Source: Nanobdellota archaeon (GTDB taxonomy: Archaea > Nanobdellota > Nanobdellia > Parvarchaeales > Parvarchaeaceae). From it: a stretch of DNA of 64,000 nt. This document shows positions 35,544-45,297 of the stretch, piece after piece. The position numbers were made by a program, and so were the translations under genes. Location: positions 2,128-66,127 of the forward strand of contig JAJYWD010000002.1 of assembly GCA_021791655.1 (NCBI GenBank). The letters run 5' to 3'. The notes beneath the pieces were generated by a model, which had not been told where the DNA came from, did no database searches, and saw only the letters and a list, made by a program, of their open reading frames with translations. Within the stretch, counting starts at the first letter, position 1; every line of letters begins with the position of its first letter.

Positions 35544-36320
35544 TCAGTCGAGCATTCTTTTAACGTCATATATCAGCTCGTCTTCCCCCACTGAGAGCTT
35601 AACCGGCGTAATGGTTATTTTTCCATGCTGAAGCTGGTACATATCGGATTCCCGTTCTTCTACTTGTTTTATGCTACCTGAAAGCCAGTAATAACTTCTC
35701 CCGTGCGGGTCTTTTCTGGTCGTGACTGCTTCGTTGAAAACGTTTCTGCTGGCTTTCACCGGCATTATCTCTGTCTTGCTGTTTACTTTCAGCGGAAAGT
35801 TAACGTTCAGCATATCAATGCCCTTACCTATGCCGTGCTCCTTAACTCTTTTTAGTATGTAACACATCGGATTGTAAAGCGCTTTCATATCCGATTTCAC
35901 CTTTTCTTCCGAGTGGTTGTCCGGCAACATCTTGGAAAACGCCATGCTCTTTACACGAAATATGGCGGAGTACAGAGCCGCGGATATCGTGCCAGAAGAA
36001 TATATAGTATCAAGTCCGGCATTTACACCGATGTTTACACCGGAGAGCACAAGGTCTATCTTTTTGTTCTTGAATATGTGGAACAGTGACACGAGAACGC
36101 AATCAGCCGGCGTGCCAGACACCGAAAAACACGGGAACCGCCAGTGATTTATATGGTCTATCCTCAACGGTTTGTGAAAGGTAAAACTCATGCCGCTCGC
36201 GCTCTGCGGACCCTCTGGGGCCACAGCAACCACTTCCTTTCCAAAAACGGAGCTTGCCGCCCTGTAAAGAACTTCAAGGCCCGGGCTCCTGTAACCGTCA
36301 TCGTTTGTAAGCAGTATCAT
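35544..36320 (-). CDS. surE: 5'/3'-nucleotidase SurE.
   Basis: 258 aa with ILLTNDDGYRSPGL, VAPEGPQSA, SGTPADCV and LVLSGVNIGVN signature motifs. Confidence 0.85.
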   Translation of the reverse strand: MILLTNDDGYRSPGLEVLYRAASSVFGKEVVAVAPEGPQSASGMSFTFHKPLRIDHINHWRFPCFSVSGTPADCVLVSLFHIFKNKKIDLVLSGVNIGVNAGLDTIYSSGTISAALYSAIFRVKSMAFSKMLPDNHSEEKVKSDMKALYNPMCYILKRVKEHGIGKGIDMLNVNFPLKVNSKTEIMPVKASRNVFNEAVTTRKDPHGRSYYWLSGSIKQVEERESDMYQLQHGKITITPVKLSVGEDELIYDVKRMLD

Positions 36321-36400
36321 ATCCTTGTTTAATCCAAGTATCTAACTTATGTCTTTTATACTTTAAAACAGACTCGGTGCTATGGATAGACGACTCAAAT

Positions 36401-36700
36401 CTAACCGAAAAGACTGCTAAGACCTGCTGCGGCTTCCTCAGGTTTAACTTCCTCTTTGTGCTTTTCTTCTTTCTTAGTTTCCGCCTGTGCCCCAGCTTGG
36501 GCACCCGGTGCTGCAACCTGCGCGACCTGCGCTTCGCTTATTACTTTGTCTATATCCACTCCCTTGAGAGCAGAGACCACAGCCTTTATCTGACCGTCAT
36601 CTGGCTGCACGCCAAGAGACGATATAACGCTCTTCATAGAATCTTCATTTATCTCCTTACCAAAACTGTGCAAAAGCATAGCAGCGTAGACGTATTCCAT
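36401..36700 (-). CDS. rpl12: Ribosomal stalk protein P1 (aL12).
   Basis: 99 aa: [11 protein letters not shown]...[34 protein letters not shown], with an Ala-rich hinge and acidic tail. Confidence 0.85.
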   Translation of the reverse strand: MEYVYAAMLLHSFGKEINEDSMKSVISSLGVQPDDGQIKAVVSALKGVDIDKVISEAQVAQVAAPGAQAGAQAETKKEEKHKEEVKPEEAAAGLSSLFG

Positions 36701-36706
36701 CGTTCA

Positions 36707-37549
36707 TCATCCTCCTAACTTCTTACTAAGTGAATTCTCCTGTAGATGAGCTTTCAAGAGCAACTCTTTTATAGTCGCGCTTGATACTATTCCTACATCT
36801 AGGGATAGATATTTTACTCCTATATAAATCTTTTGTATTATCGGCTTTACCGAGTACCGGTTTAGTATCCCTCTTGCCATCGACAGCGACAGAGAGGAGG
36901 AGAAAACCCTGACAACGTCTTTCCGATACTCTTCAATGGGCCGATAAAGAACATCGTGCTTGAAGATGATTCCGCCGTTCCAAGCCACGTCTATACTCAA
37001 CATCAATTCGTTTGGCGTTATATCCATGCTTGATAATATCGTAGCTATCTTTTCGCTCACCGGCTCGCCCTTCTTTACGACCGTCGTATCGGACACTATG
37101 CTTATCTTACCACCCTCATTTTTCGTCTTTACGCCTACCGAAGAGAACTGCGAAAGCATTGGACCCGGGGGAAAGGGCGTTGGACCGCTCGGCAGAGTTA
37201 TGTCTTCCGATGCGGTCTGGCCCGCCTTTATAGTCGTATAAGTCTTGTTCGCCATTATGGTCTTGCTTATCTCGAATGGGTCCTGGTCTGACAACAGAAG
37301 TACCGGCATCCTAACGGATGCGGCGCTGTCAGCCAGAGGAGATTTGGCGAGTTTAAGGGCATTTTGCACAATGACCTTATTAGTGTAAATTATGTCCGCT
37401 TTGCCCCTGAATGATTTCTTTATCTGTTCGTAACTGTCAGAATCGAAACCGTGTGCCTCAGCCAGGCATACGGTCTTGTAGCCAGATATCTTTTTTGACA
37501 GCTGCTCGGACTGTTTCTGCTTGCTAAGCGCGCCATTGGATTTCTTCAT
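36707..37549 (-). CDS. rpl10: Ribosomal stalk protein P0 (uL10).
   Basis: 280 aa with LPSGPTPFPPGPMLSQF and the P0 core. It lies between L1 and P1. Confidence 0.8.
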   Translation of the reverse strand: MKKSNGALSKQKQSEQLSKKISGYKTVCLAEAHGFDSDSYEQIKKSFRGKADIIYTNKVIVQNALKLAKSPLADSAASVRMPVLLLSDQDPFEISKTIMANKTYTTIKAGQTASEDITLPSGPTPFPPGPMLSQFSSVGVKTKNEGGKISIVSDTTVVKKGEPVSEKIATILSSMDITPNELMLSIDVAWNGGIIFKHDVLYRPIEEYRKDVVRVFSSSLSLSMARGILNRYSVKPIIQKIYIGVKYLSLDVGIVSSATIKELLLKAHLQENSLSKKLGG

Positions 37550-38190
37550 ATCGCCACCGGCTTGCCCATCGTAAGCTTTAGATAGGTGTGCTTTATCCTC
37601 TGCTCTCCCTCCGGCAGGGCAGACTTTACACTGGAGTATACTACATTAACGTTCTCTACGAGCTTTGATTCATCCCAGTCCTGAGAACCTACTTTAACCA
37701 GTACGGCATTGTTTTTTGCTGTGTTTACCCTTATCAGGGATCCCACGTTCTTGGCGGCGGCACCTAGGTTTGATGTTGGGTTTATTATCGTGCCGGTCTT
37801 CGGGTTCGGCATCTTGTTCGCAGCGGTGAGCTGCTTGCCGAACTTTGCGGCCATCTGGGGCATTATAGTCGCTTCAGCAAAGAAATAATCAGTCCCTTTT
37901 ATGAGTTTCCTTATGGTCTTCTTGTCGTACTTAGGGAAGTCGTCCTTGAGTATGACCTTTGAGAAACTCTGCGCCGACTGGACGGACATATCCTTGTCGA
38001 CGAATGCGCACGTACTGACTTCTCTCACTTTGTTAGGGAGAGAGACAACTAAATCTACAGGCGCTTTGGCCTTTGCAGTGCTCGGCCTTAATACGATGAC
38101 CAGATCTACAGCTTGAGAAAACTTTCTCTTCTTAGATTCTATTTGTGCCTTGAGCTCGCTTATGGCCTTCTTTATAGTGTCATTGTCCAT
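37546..38190 (-). CDS. rpl1: Ribosomal protein L1 (uL1).
   Basis: 214 aa with an L1 fold pattern (SQAVDLVIVL...GKQLTAANKMP). It overlaps P0 by ATGA. Confidence 0.85.
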   Translation of the reverse strand: MDNDTIKKAISELKAQIESKKRKFSQAVDLVIVLRPSTAKAKAPVDLVVSLPNKVREVSTCAFVDKDMSVQSAQSFSKVILKDDFPKYDKKTIRKLIKGTDYFFAEATIMPQMAAKFGKQLTAANKMPNPKTGTIINPTSNLGAAAKNVGSLIRVNTAKNNAVLVKVGSQDWDESKLVENVNVVYSSVKSALPEGEQRIKHTYLKLTMGKPVAI

Positions 38191-38305
38191 AGACTAAATA
38201 TCAAGATTCCGATGCTTTTAAAGCTTTAAGCTCTGCGTGCAATAAAAGCTTATAAATCGCGAAAGGCAAAATACTTGATTAAGTAAATGATGGAGGTTAG
38301 CTGAT

Positions 38306-38656
38306 ATGGCAGATGAAGCTGGTGAAAAGAAGGATTTAGACACGCAAGTATTCTCCGTTTTGGAGAAGATAAGGGCAAAAGGCGGCGCCATAAGAAAGGG
38401 TGTGAATGAGGCCACAAAGGCACTTGAACGATCACAGGCAAAGCTCGTGGTGGCGGCTAGTGATGTATCCCCGAAGGAGATAATAATGCACCTAAGTCCG
38501 TTATCCAAAGACAAGAGCGTACCTTACGTTGAAGTAAAGAGCAGGAGCGAGTTGGGAAAGGCGGTCGGCCTAAGTGTCCCTACCTCAGCCATTGCAGTTA
38601 TAAATGCGGGCGAAGAGATGCATGCACTCGAGGATCTCGTAAGAAAACTCAAATGA
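38306..38656 (+). CDS. rpl7ae: Ribosomal protein L7Ae (K-turn binding).
   Basis: 116 aa. KGVNEATKALERSQAKLVVAASDVSPKEIIMHL...VPYVEVKSRSELGKAVG matches the L7Ae core. Confidence 0.85.
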   Translation: MADEAGEKKDLDTQVFSVLEKIRAKGGAIRKGVNEATKALERSQAKLVVAASDVSPKEIIMHLSPLSKDKSVPYVEVKSRSELGKAVGLSVPTSAIAVINAGEEMHALEDLVRKLK

Positions 38657-38659
38657 GTT

Positions 38660-38926
38660 ATGAAAACTACCCCAAAAAGGCCGGAAAGAAAAGAGGAGTT
38701 TAAGACGGGCGGTGGGCCCATACCTCTCAGAGAATCTTTTCCTGCAGAGGTGGTGGAAATAGTCGGCAGGCACGGCGTAGCCGGGGAGGTTACGCAGGTA
38801 AGATGCAAGGTGCTGACTGGTATGGATAAAGACAAGGTAATAAGGAGAAACGTTAGGGGCCCAGTTATAGTCGGTGATGTTTTGATGCTAAAAGAAACCG
38901 AAATGGAGGCGTTGCCCATAAGGTAG
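38660..38926 (+). CDS. rps28e: Ribosomal protein S28e.
   Basis: 88 aa. [51 protein letters not shown] is the S28e signature. Confidence 0.85.
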   Translation: MKTTPKRPERKEEFKTGGGPIPLRESFPAEVVEIVGRHGVAGEVTQVRCKVLTGMDKDKVIRRNVRGPVIVGDVLMLKETEMEALPIR

Positions 38927-38930
38927 TAAT

Positions 38931-39092
38931 ATGAAGTGCACATTCTGCGGTTCTGATATAAAGAAGGGTACTGGCATAATGTACGCAAGCATAGACGGCA
39001 ACGTATCAAATTTCTGCAGCAGGCGCTGCATGAAGTATTTCATTATGGGAAAGGACCACAGAAAGTACAAATGGTCCTCGCAAAAAAAGTAA
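38931..39092 (+). CDS. rpl24e: Ribosomal protein L24e (not in the ORF track; shorter than 60 aa).
   Basis: MKCTFCGSDIKKGTGIMYASIDGNVSNFCSRRCMKYFIMGKDHRKYKWSSQKK is the C4 zinc-ribbon L24e. It sits in the canonical L7Ae-S28e-L24e position. Confidence 0.7.
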   Translation: MKCTFCGSDIKKGTGIMYASIDGNVSNFCSRRCMKYFIMGKDHRKYKWSSQKK

Positions 39093-39118
39093 ATAAACTT
39101 CGAGATTCTCTCTATCTT

Positions 39119-39982
39119 GTGGGTAACAAAAAGGGAGTCATAAGTACCGTGTCTATCGTTATATCGATAATAGTACTCATTCCGATAGTCATCTTTGTGG
39201 GATTCATATTCATTTCCGGGATAGCCGGCATAAGGACGCAGATACAATCAATCTCAGGTTACGTTTCGGACACGCAAACGGCGCTGTATAGCGGCACATC
39301 GGTCATCGTTGGTACACTCTCCCCCGTCTTCAGCGGGAACCAGTTCATGGCACAATTCTACGGCGGCCCGGCCTGCATGACACTGATAGACGAACTAGCC
39401 AGGACTAGTATACTAACCGAGCCGAACGACCCATCCACACTAAGTGGCAAATTCTTCGTCTGCGCCGGCACGTTTTCTAACTTCTCCTCCTCACCAAATG
39501 TGAACGAATTTTGGGATTATTTACCGATACCGCCGGGAAACGCGCAGAGCATACTGCCATCATGGACATTGGATGGCGGTTACAACCTAACCAACTTGAT
39601 CGTAGGGGAGGTAAACGGCTCGCATGGGTCGCTTAGCTTTGCCAATTACACGGGCCGACCCTCATCGCTTGCAAAGGTTGAAACGCAGCTATCAACAGCG
39701 TGTGAGAGTTTCCTGAATTCCACAGTATATTCTTCCAGTAGCGGAACAGAATATAATGTACCTTCCGCTTACATATCAGCGATAACATGTGCGCCTCTGG
39801 CGGTGCAGAACAGCCAACCGGTTTTCATAAGTCTGCGTCGGGGCAACTGCGCGGCTAACTCCCCGGAGTGCAGCTACAATCCGTTGTTGTTTATGCACGG
39901 AGAGCCGGCTTCGATACAGATACAGACCTGCAATTATCTATCAGGAGCGCCATCGCTCACATGCGAAATAGAAATGAGTTGA
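39119..39982 (+). CDS. Pilin-like secreted glycoprotein (class III signal peptide). GTG start; the listed ORF opens at 39071.
   Basis: With the GTG start the N-terminus is (M)GNKKG|VISTVSIVISIIVLIPIVIFV, a short basic leader plus hydrophobic helix typical of archaeal prepilins. The body is Ser/Thr/Asn-rich. Confidence 0.5.
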   Translation: MGNKKGVISTVSIVISIIVLIPIVIFVGFIFISGIAGIRTQIQSISGYVSDTQTALYSGTSVIVGTLSPVFSGNQFMAQFYGGPACMTLIDELARTSILTEPNDPSTLSGKFFVCAGTFSNFSSSPNVNEFWDYLPIPPGNAQSILPSWTLDGGYNLTNLIVGEVNGSHGSLSFANYTGRPSSLAKVETQLSTACESFLNSTVYSSSSGTEYNVPSAYISAITCAPLAVQNSQPVFISLRRGNCAANSPECSYNPLLFMHGEPASIQIQTCNYLSGAPSLTCEIEMS

Positions 39983-39986
39983 AAAT

Positions 39987-41105
39987 ATGAGAGGACAGAT
40001 ACAGTACGAAGGGATAATAATGTTCGTCCTTATGGCGATAATAATCATTTTCCTGGTCTTCGCATTCGCTGGTTTCTTCACGCCAGTAAATTCGCAACAC
40101 TACTACAATGAAATCAACAGCATGATAAGCCAGGCATGTTACTCTACTCAGTCAGCTAGCAGCATCCAGCTAAACAACCCTAAGGCGGTCGTGTTCCAGA
40201 TTTACGACAACCCCGTCTGTAATACGACCCTGTCTAGCAGTCACGCGTTCCAAAACAGCTCGCCATACAACAGCAAGCTATTAAGCAGAAACTTCGACCT
40301 CTGCTATGGAGAACTGGGAAAAAGTGACACGTTCGGCGCGTACAGCACGAAAGTATCCGGCCCGGCCCAATACTACCTTACCGCCGGCAGCGCCCCCCTT
40401 ACATACCTTAGCGTTGTTACACCGGATTCCAACTTGGGACAGCCAACCCCGACTACAGTCTCCTCCTCGTCCAGCGAATTATCAGAATACGGGCTTGCCG
40501 CGGCAAGTGTAGACCAGACGGGGCCGGCGCCAACCTTCAATTCTTACCAAATAGATTGGAACGATCCGATTTACGCGAAGAACAATTACGTGTACACACT
40601 GTACGCTTATTCCAACGTTTCCGGATTGCTGGGTGTGACTATAAGTGAAAGCGGCTGCAATATAGCACCATTTGCGATACAGCTCGCGGCCGGTCACATA
40701 AAGATATCGACGCTAAATCTGGGCTGTAACAGCACAGGCACCATATATACGAACTTCCCTTACGGAGGGATGAACGGAAAATACGTCCCGGTAAAACTGC
40801 AGGAGAACATGAGCGCACAGAAACACGAACTGCCAAACTACTACCAGAACACGCTAGCACAACAGTGCTCCAATCTCGTAACCGACATAAACAATAACGC
40901 AATAGAAAACGGCACGCTAGTGTGCGCACCCATAAACTGCGGTAGCAACAATGCCAATTTCGTGCTTTCCGACGAGCAGAGCAGGCCGCTCCTAGCCATG
41001 TTTCAGGAGAGTTTCCCGTACTTTGCGGTTTCATCCGGCCTGTTTTCAAGCCTCGCCATAACCAATCCCAATGTCGAGGTAGAAAAGAACGAATCGCTCG
41101 TATAG
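39987..41105 (+). CDS. Pilin-like secreted glycoprotein (class III signal peptide).
   Basis: The N-terminus MRGQIQYEGIIMFVLMAIIIIFLVFA matches the RGQ...EY plus hydrophobic-helix motif. It is 372 aa with many sequons and Cys residues. Confidence 0.5.
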   Translation: MRGQIQYEGIIMFVLMAIIIIFLVFAFAGFFTPVNSQHYYNEINSMISQACYSTQSASSIQLNNPKAVVFQIYDNPVCNTTLSSSHAFQNSSPYNSKLLSRNFDLCYGELGKSDTFGAYSTKVSGPAQYYLTAGSAPLTYLSVVTPDSNLGQPTPTTVSSSSSELSEYGLAAASVDQTGPAPTFNSYQIDWNDPIYAKNNYVYTLYAYSNVSGLLGVTISESGCNIAPFAIQLAAGHIKISTLNLGCNSTGTIYTNFPYGGMNGKYVPVKLQENMSAQKHELPNYYQNTLAQQCSNLVTDINNNAIENGTLVCAPINCGSNNANFVLSDEQSRPLLAMFQESFPYFAVSSGLFSSLAITNPNVEVEKNESLV

Positions 41106-41196
41106 GGGAAAAGTTAAATACGCGGCGGGTTAGATAATAATAAGAATGGCTAATGGCATAGCCCCTCCAAATGGAGAAAAATGCCGCTGGTGAATT

Positions 41197-41475
41197 ATGG
41201 CAAAGGTTACCGTAACAATCTGTGACACGTGCAAGCAGAGGATAGCCACGAAGACCTGTCCGGTGTGCAACAGAGACTTGTGCGAAGCAGATACGAAAAG
41301 CTTCTCTGTGGACGTTGGACTCAGGTTCGGTCCGCGCATACCGATATACCACGGGTACATGTGCGAAGAGGACTACAAGAAACTCGAAACGAACATGGGG
41401 CAGACTCTGACTAAGATAAGCGAGAACGTAAAGAGCAACGTAGACGGGATAATAAAACAGAGCGTGAACGCGTAA
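41197..41475 (+). CDS. Small zinc-ribbon protein (hypothetical).
   Basis: 92 aa with CDTC...CPVC and further Cys pairs. The antisense 281-aa ORF is Arg/Cys-rich junk. Confidence 0.4.
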   Translation: MAKVTVTICDTCKQRIATKTCPVCNRDLCEADTKSFSVDVGLRFGPRIPIYHGYMCEEDYKKLETNMGQTLTKISENVKSNVDGIIKQSVNA

Positions 41476-41571
41476 GACGCGCATAAAACTCGGTACTTCG
41501 TAAAATGGCCTTAGCCGGTTTTATAGCCGAAATGAGAAGATATTAATTAGTAGAACAGCAAGAATAAATGT

Positions 41572-41695
41572 CCGCCCATAGCTCAATGGCAGAGCGACCG
41601 GCTGTAGAATAACCGAGTGCTACTTTGTAGTGCTATGAAGGGTTTCAGTCGATATAGAAACCGGTAGGTTGCAGGTTCAACTCTTGCTGGGCGGA
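41572..41695 (+). tRNA. tRNA-Tyr (anticodon GTA) with a roughly 52-nt intron after position 37.
   Basis: The cloverleaf has a CCGCCCA/TGGGCGG acceptor stem (C1:G72, as in archaeal tRNA-Tyr), discriminator A, GCTC/GAGC D-stem and GCAGG-TTCAACT-CTTGC T-arm. The ACCGG...CCGGT anticodon stem encloses loop CTGTAG|intron|A. Confidence 0.7.
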
Positions 41696-41784
41696 TCCTA
41701 TTCCTTACTAGAATACACGGACATACACTTTACGTTAACTCAGCACTTCTACAAAATCTCTTGAATATAAAGGATTATTGCACA

Positions 41785-42579
41785 GTTGTCTCCATGAAAC
41801 TGGTTTCTCTTAACCTATGGCATGGTAAAAATAGAGGGGAGCTGCTAAGCTTCATAAGCAAAGAAGCCAAAAGTACGGATGTGTTCGCTTTCCAGTAGAT
41901 GGACGGCTGGATGACTCAAAGACTTCTTAACAGAGCTAAAAACAGCGCCGAGCTTCTAAATAAATTTGGCAGTAAAGCAGTTTACTCTGCCATAAGATCC
42001 GTGCTATCCGAGTTTACAGCATACAAATCCGAGCCATACATTTCATTGGGGGACTTTACTCACCATATTTGTAAAGAAAGCCATAAAAGTGGCTGATGTA
42101 AAACAAACAAATCTGACTAAATATGTCAAGCTTTTTGGCATAGACGTAAAATCTAAGCCTCTATGCGTGAAGTTAGAAACAGCGCAGGGCCCCTTTGGAT
42201 TTGTGACACCCACGACATTCTTGCGGAAGGAAGGTGGCGAGAAGACACTTCAGAACGCATACTACAGTCGCGAAAAACACTTAGATTCTTATCAACGCTG
42301 ACGGGTGAAAAGATACTCTGTGGAGATCTAAACATGCCGCCGAATACAAAAACGATCGGGATGCTGGGTAAAAAGTTAAATAATCTGGTAATTAGACACG
42401 GGATAACTAACACGCGTAGTGAATCGTACCTAAAGCACGCGGCCTATGCGAATGGGAACGAGATAACCGATTACGCGTTCGTCTCTCGAGGAATAAATGT
42501 CACGAACCTAAAATTCGAGCGTAGCGAAGCCTCGGATCATCTTCCGCGGGTTTTGGAATGCGATTTAACGCGTGCATAA
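41785..42579 (+). pseudogene. Endonuclease/exonuclease/phosphatase (EEP) family gene, disrupted.
   Basis: The N-terminal MKLVSLNLWHGKN...DVFAFQ is followed by in-frame TAG (41896), TGA (42094) and two TAA stops. The same frame resumes into the C-terminal EEP motifs CGDLNMPPNT and SDHLPRV. Confidence 0.5.
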
Positions 42580-42611
42580 AAACTACGGGCGACAGAGAAT
42601 ATCTAGATGCT

Positions 42612-43694
42612 CTATGTTGGTGATTTAATCCTGGGTGTGGCAAAGATTACCCAAGGAGTCTGACCTAGGAAACCAATTCTGAAACTAATTATTGAGTGAG
42701 CCGGAAAATTCGCCCTAACGTGTTTTACAAGCAACTCTGGCTTTGTTCCCAACAAGACTATGCTTCCGTCTTTTTTTAGTATCCTTGCGTATTCTGCGAT
42801 AGATCTCGAATACAATTTAATTATACTATTCAGAGTTACCTGCTTTCCCCACGGATAATTTGATATCGCATAATCAAAATATTTGCTGGGCCATTTGGAT
42901 GATTCAGCATCTAGCAACCGGACATTCTTTATAGAAGAATTGGGAATGGATCCTAAATTTAGACGCGCGCACAAAAGGCTGTCTTCTGCAATGTCTCCGC
43001 CGTACGGCTCTAACCCCTGCAGAAGTCCTTCGCAAAGAATCGTTCCGCTACCGCAGAAATTATCCACTAATTTTCCCCTCTCCCGCGGATTCACAAGCAT
43101 GCATAGCGCTGCTGCAATTGGGGATTTCAGAGAGCCTTTCCTTTTGCATTTCCTGTAAGGCCTGGCATAAGAACTTAGTTTCCCGAGCCTGCAGGAGAAG
43201 ACCAAACTGGTGGTTTCTATACTTACTCGAATGTCAAAATTTGCATGGTCTCGTTCCGTATATTCCATGCTTAATGCTGAGCGCATAATTTCACTTAATT
43301 TCAGTCGTAGAGCAGTCAAATTTACTATGTCATTTTTGTACTTAGAAACAGTAATCGAAAATGTATTCTTAACTTTACGGAATTTCTGTATAAAGGACCG
43401 CGCTCCGTCAATTGCAGCAATCGGCAGGTTTTTTGTAATATAGTGCTCATCGATTATAACGTCTGTGTCAGCATGCTGTGACAGTAACAAATGGACATCA
43501 TCAACAGTCATAAGCCGGAGAACATCCCTTATGTTAGCATCCTTTAGTGAGAATATTATACGCTTATCGATCGTACTGATTATAACCGCACCAGGAAGCT
43601 TATTTTTTATCTCTCTTTCTGTTATGAATTCCAGTCCCTTTGTGACGAATGCTATAAACTTCGTCTCCTCACCAAAGACACCATTTTTCTGCAT
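42612..43694 (-). CDS. THUMP-domain SAM-dependent methyltransferase (tRNA m2G methyltransferase, Trm14-like).
   Basis: 360 aa with an N-terminal THUMP-like region, LVDNFCGSGTILCE (motif I) and ISNYPWG (the N/D-PP-Y/W motif IV of N2-G/N6-A MTases). Confidence 0.75.
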   Translation of the reverse strand: MQKNGVFGEETKFIAFVTKGLEFITEREIKNKLPGAVIISTIDKRIIFSLKDANIRDVLRLMTVDDVHLLLSQHADTDVIIDEHYITKNLPIAAIDGARSFIQKFRKVKNTFSITVSKYKNDIVNLTALRLKLSEIMRSALSMEYTERDHANFDIRVSIETTSLVFSCRLGKLSSYARPYRKCKRKGSLKSPIAAALCMLVNPRERGKLVDNFCGSGTILCEGLLQGLEPYGGDIAEDSLLCARLNLGSIPNSSIKNVRLLDAESSKWPSKYFDYAISNYPWGKQVTLNSIIKLYSRSIAEYARILKKDGSIVLLGTKPELLVKHVRANFPAHSIISFRIGFLGQTPWVIFATPRIKSPT

Positions 43695-43731
43695 AAAGGG
43701 GAATTACACAGTAAAAGTATTAAATAAAGAC

Positions 43732-44619
43732 TTAGTGCCTTAACTTGAAATAAAGCGACAAAAGTCGACCGAAACTGCTATTCAAGGATTTTACGCCACC
43801 CTCGGCGAATAGCTTATCAATAAAGTCTATATCTGATTTCTTAAGTTTCCAGCCTAGTGCGCCGAGATTTTCAAGCAGGTGTTCTTTCGAGTCTGTCTTC
43901 GGAATTGGGATTACCCTGCTTTTTTCTGTAAGCCAGTTAAGAGCTATCTGACTCAGAGATTTACCGTACTTCTTTGACAGCGCCCCAAGTTTTTTCATGC
44001 TCCCCGAGTCTATCGAAGAAAACAGCCTGCCGTGCGCCAGAGGACTGTACGCGATTACGGTTATCTTAGCCTTAGAGCAGAACGGCAGCAAGTCCTTCTC
44101 TATTCCCCTCACTAACAGACTATACTCAACCTGATTTGAGGTTATGTTATACCTTTTCATCGCCTTTTGAGCTTCGATCAACTGATCCAATGAGAAATTG
44201 CTAACGCCTATGTACCGGATCTTACCGCGATACACCAGTTCCTCCATTGCTTTCATGGTCTCGGTCAAAGGTATAGAAGGATTCGGAAAGTGTAGCTGAT
44301 ACAGGTCTATCTGTTTTACACCCAGTTTTCTGGTGCTACGCTCGCACGCCTTTATAACGTCATCATAATGAAAATTGGTCGGCCACACCTTAGTCGCGAT
44401 GAATACGTTTGAGTCCTTTATAGCCTTACCCACGAATTCTTCATTGTTGTAAAACTCTGCAGTGTCCACAAAATTTATCCCCGCTGCTACACCCGCCTTG
44501 ATGGTACGTAGCGTAGCCGAGTCCTTTTTCAGCTGCCACGTCCCTATTCCCAAAGCCGATAACTTAACATGAGTTTCGTCTAGTTGCTTAAATTCCATGC
44601 GTATAAGATAATTCGGCAA
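43732..44619 (-). CDS. Aldo/keto reductase.
   Basis: 295 aa with GIGTWQL, INFVDTAEFY and IGVSNF motifs. Confidence 0.8.
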   Translation of the reverse strand: MPNYLIRMEFKQLDETHVKLSALGIGTWQLKKDSATLRTIKAGVAAGINFVDTAEFYNNEEFVGKAIKDSNVFIATKVWPTNFHYDDVIKACERSTRKLGVKQIDLYQLHFPNPSIPLTETMKAMEELVYRGKIRYIGVSNFSLDQLIEAQKAMKRYNITSNQVEYSLLVRGIEKDLLPFCSKAKITVIAYSPLAHGRLFSSIDSGSMKKLGALSKKYGKSLSQIALNWLTEKSRVIPIPKTDSKEHLLENLGALGWKLKKSDIDFIDKLFAEGGVKSLNSSFGRLLSLYFKLRH

Positions 44620-44748
44620 CCTGGTAATAATAGTCTTACTATGTCATACTTGTGAAAATTACGCTACATGACGTTCGCGCAGCTTACATATAGTGCGGCA
44701 CGAAAAGCTTTTATACTAGTGTAATTATATATAATTATAAGTAATTAT

Positions 44749-45288
44749 ATGAAATATATGAAGGTACTGACAAGCGGCTCATACAAAGGGCTTGGCAAAC
44801 TTGAAAGTTATATCCTAACGGCAGAGAAGTCTGGTGTGCCCGCACAGGTCTTAAGAAAGTATTATGTGGTATTAAGATCCGACACGGTTAACCTCAGAAA
44901 AGAGCTAAAAACACTGTACGAGGAGAGCCTCACGTATCAGGAAAGCGGAGACCGTGCACATCTAGAGCAAGCCATTGAGAGCCACACTAAGCTGGCAGGG
45001 CTTGTTGATTCATACAATAAGAATACGCACACCTTGGTGGAGGAGATAGAATGGCTAAGGAAAAGGGGAGGTGTGTTCTCAAGCTTCGGGATACGGTCGT
45101 ACATGATAAAAAGAAGGTTAAAGCAGATACCAACAAAGATTATAGACGAGTGGTCGCAGCGACTTAAAAAGTGCGGAAAGACCCCACAGATGATTGAATT
45201 TATGTATGGTGCAGAAATACCGATAACAGAAAGCAAGCCGTATTTCGAGTATACGGCCGAACGAATTGCGAAAGCTTACCTGTCCTAG
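44749..45288 (+). CDS. Hypothetical protein.
   Basis: 179-aa ORF preceded by an AT-rich promoter with repeated taattata units. No motif. Confidence 0.4.
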   Translation: MKYMKVLTSGSYKGLGKLESYILTAEKSGVPAQVLRKYYVVLRSDTVNLRKELKTLYEESLTYQESGDRAHLEQAIESHTKLAGLVDSYNKNTHTLVEEIEWLRKRGGVFSSFGIRSYMIKRRLKQIPTKIIDEWSQRLKKCGKTPQMIEFMYGAEIPITESKPYFEYTAERIAKAYLS

Positions 45289-45297
45289 ATAATAAAA

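Noticed and set aside
40639-41484. 281-aa Arg/Cys-rich minus-strand ORF.
   Set aside because: It is antisense to the pilin-like gene 39987..41105 and the zinc-ribbon gene. Its composition is not protein-like.
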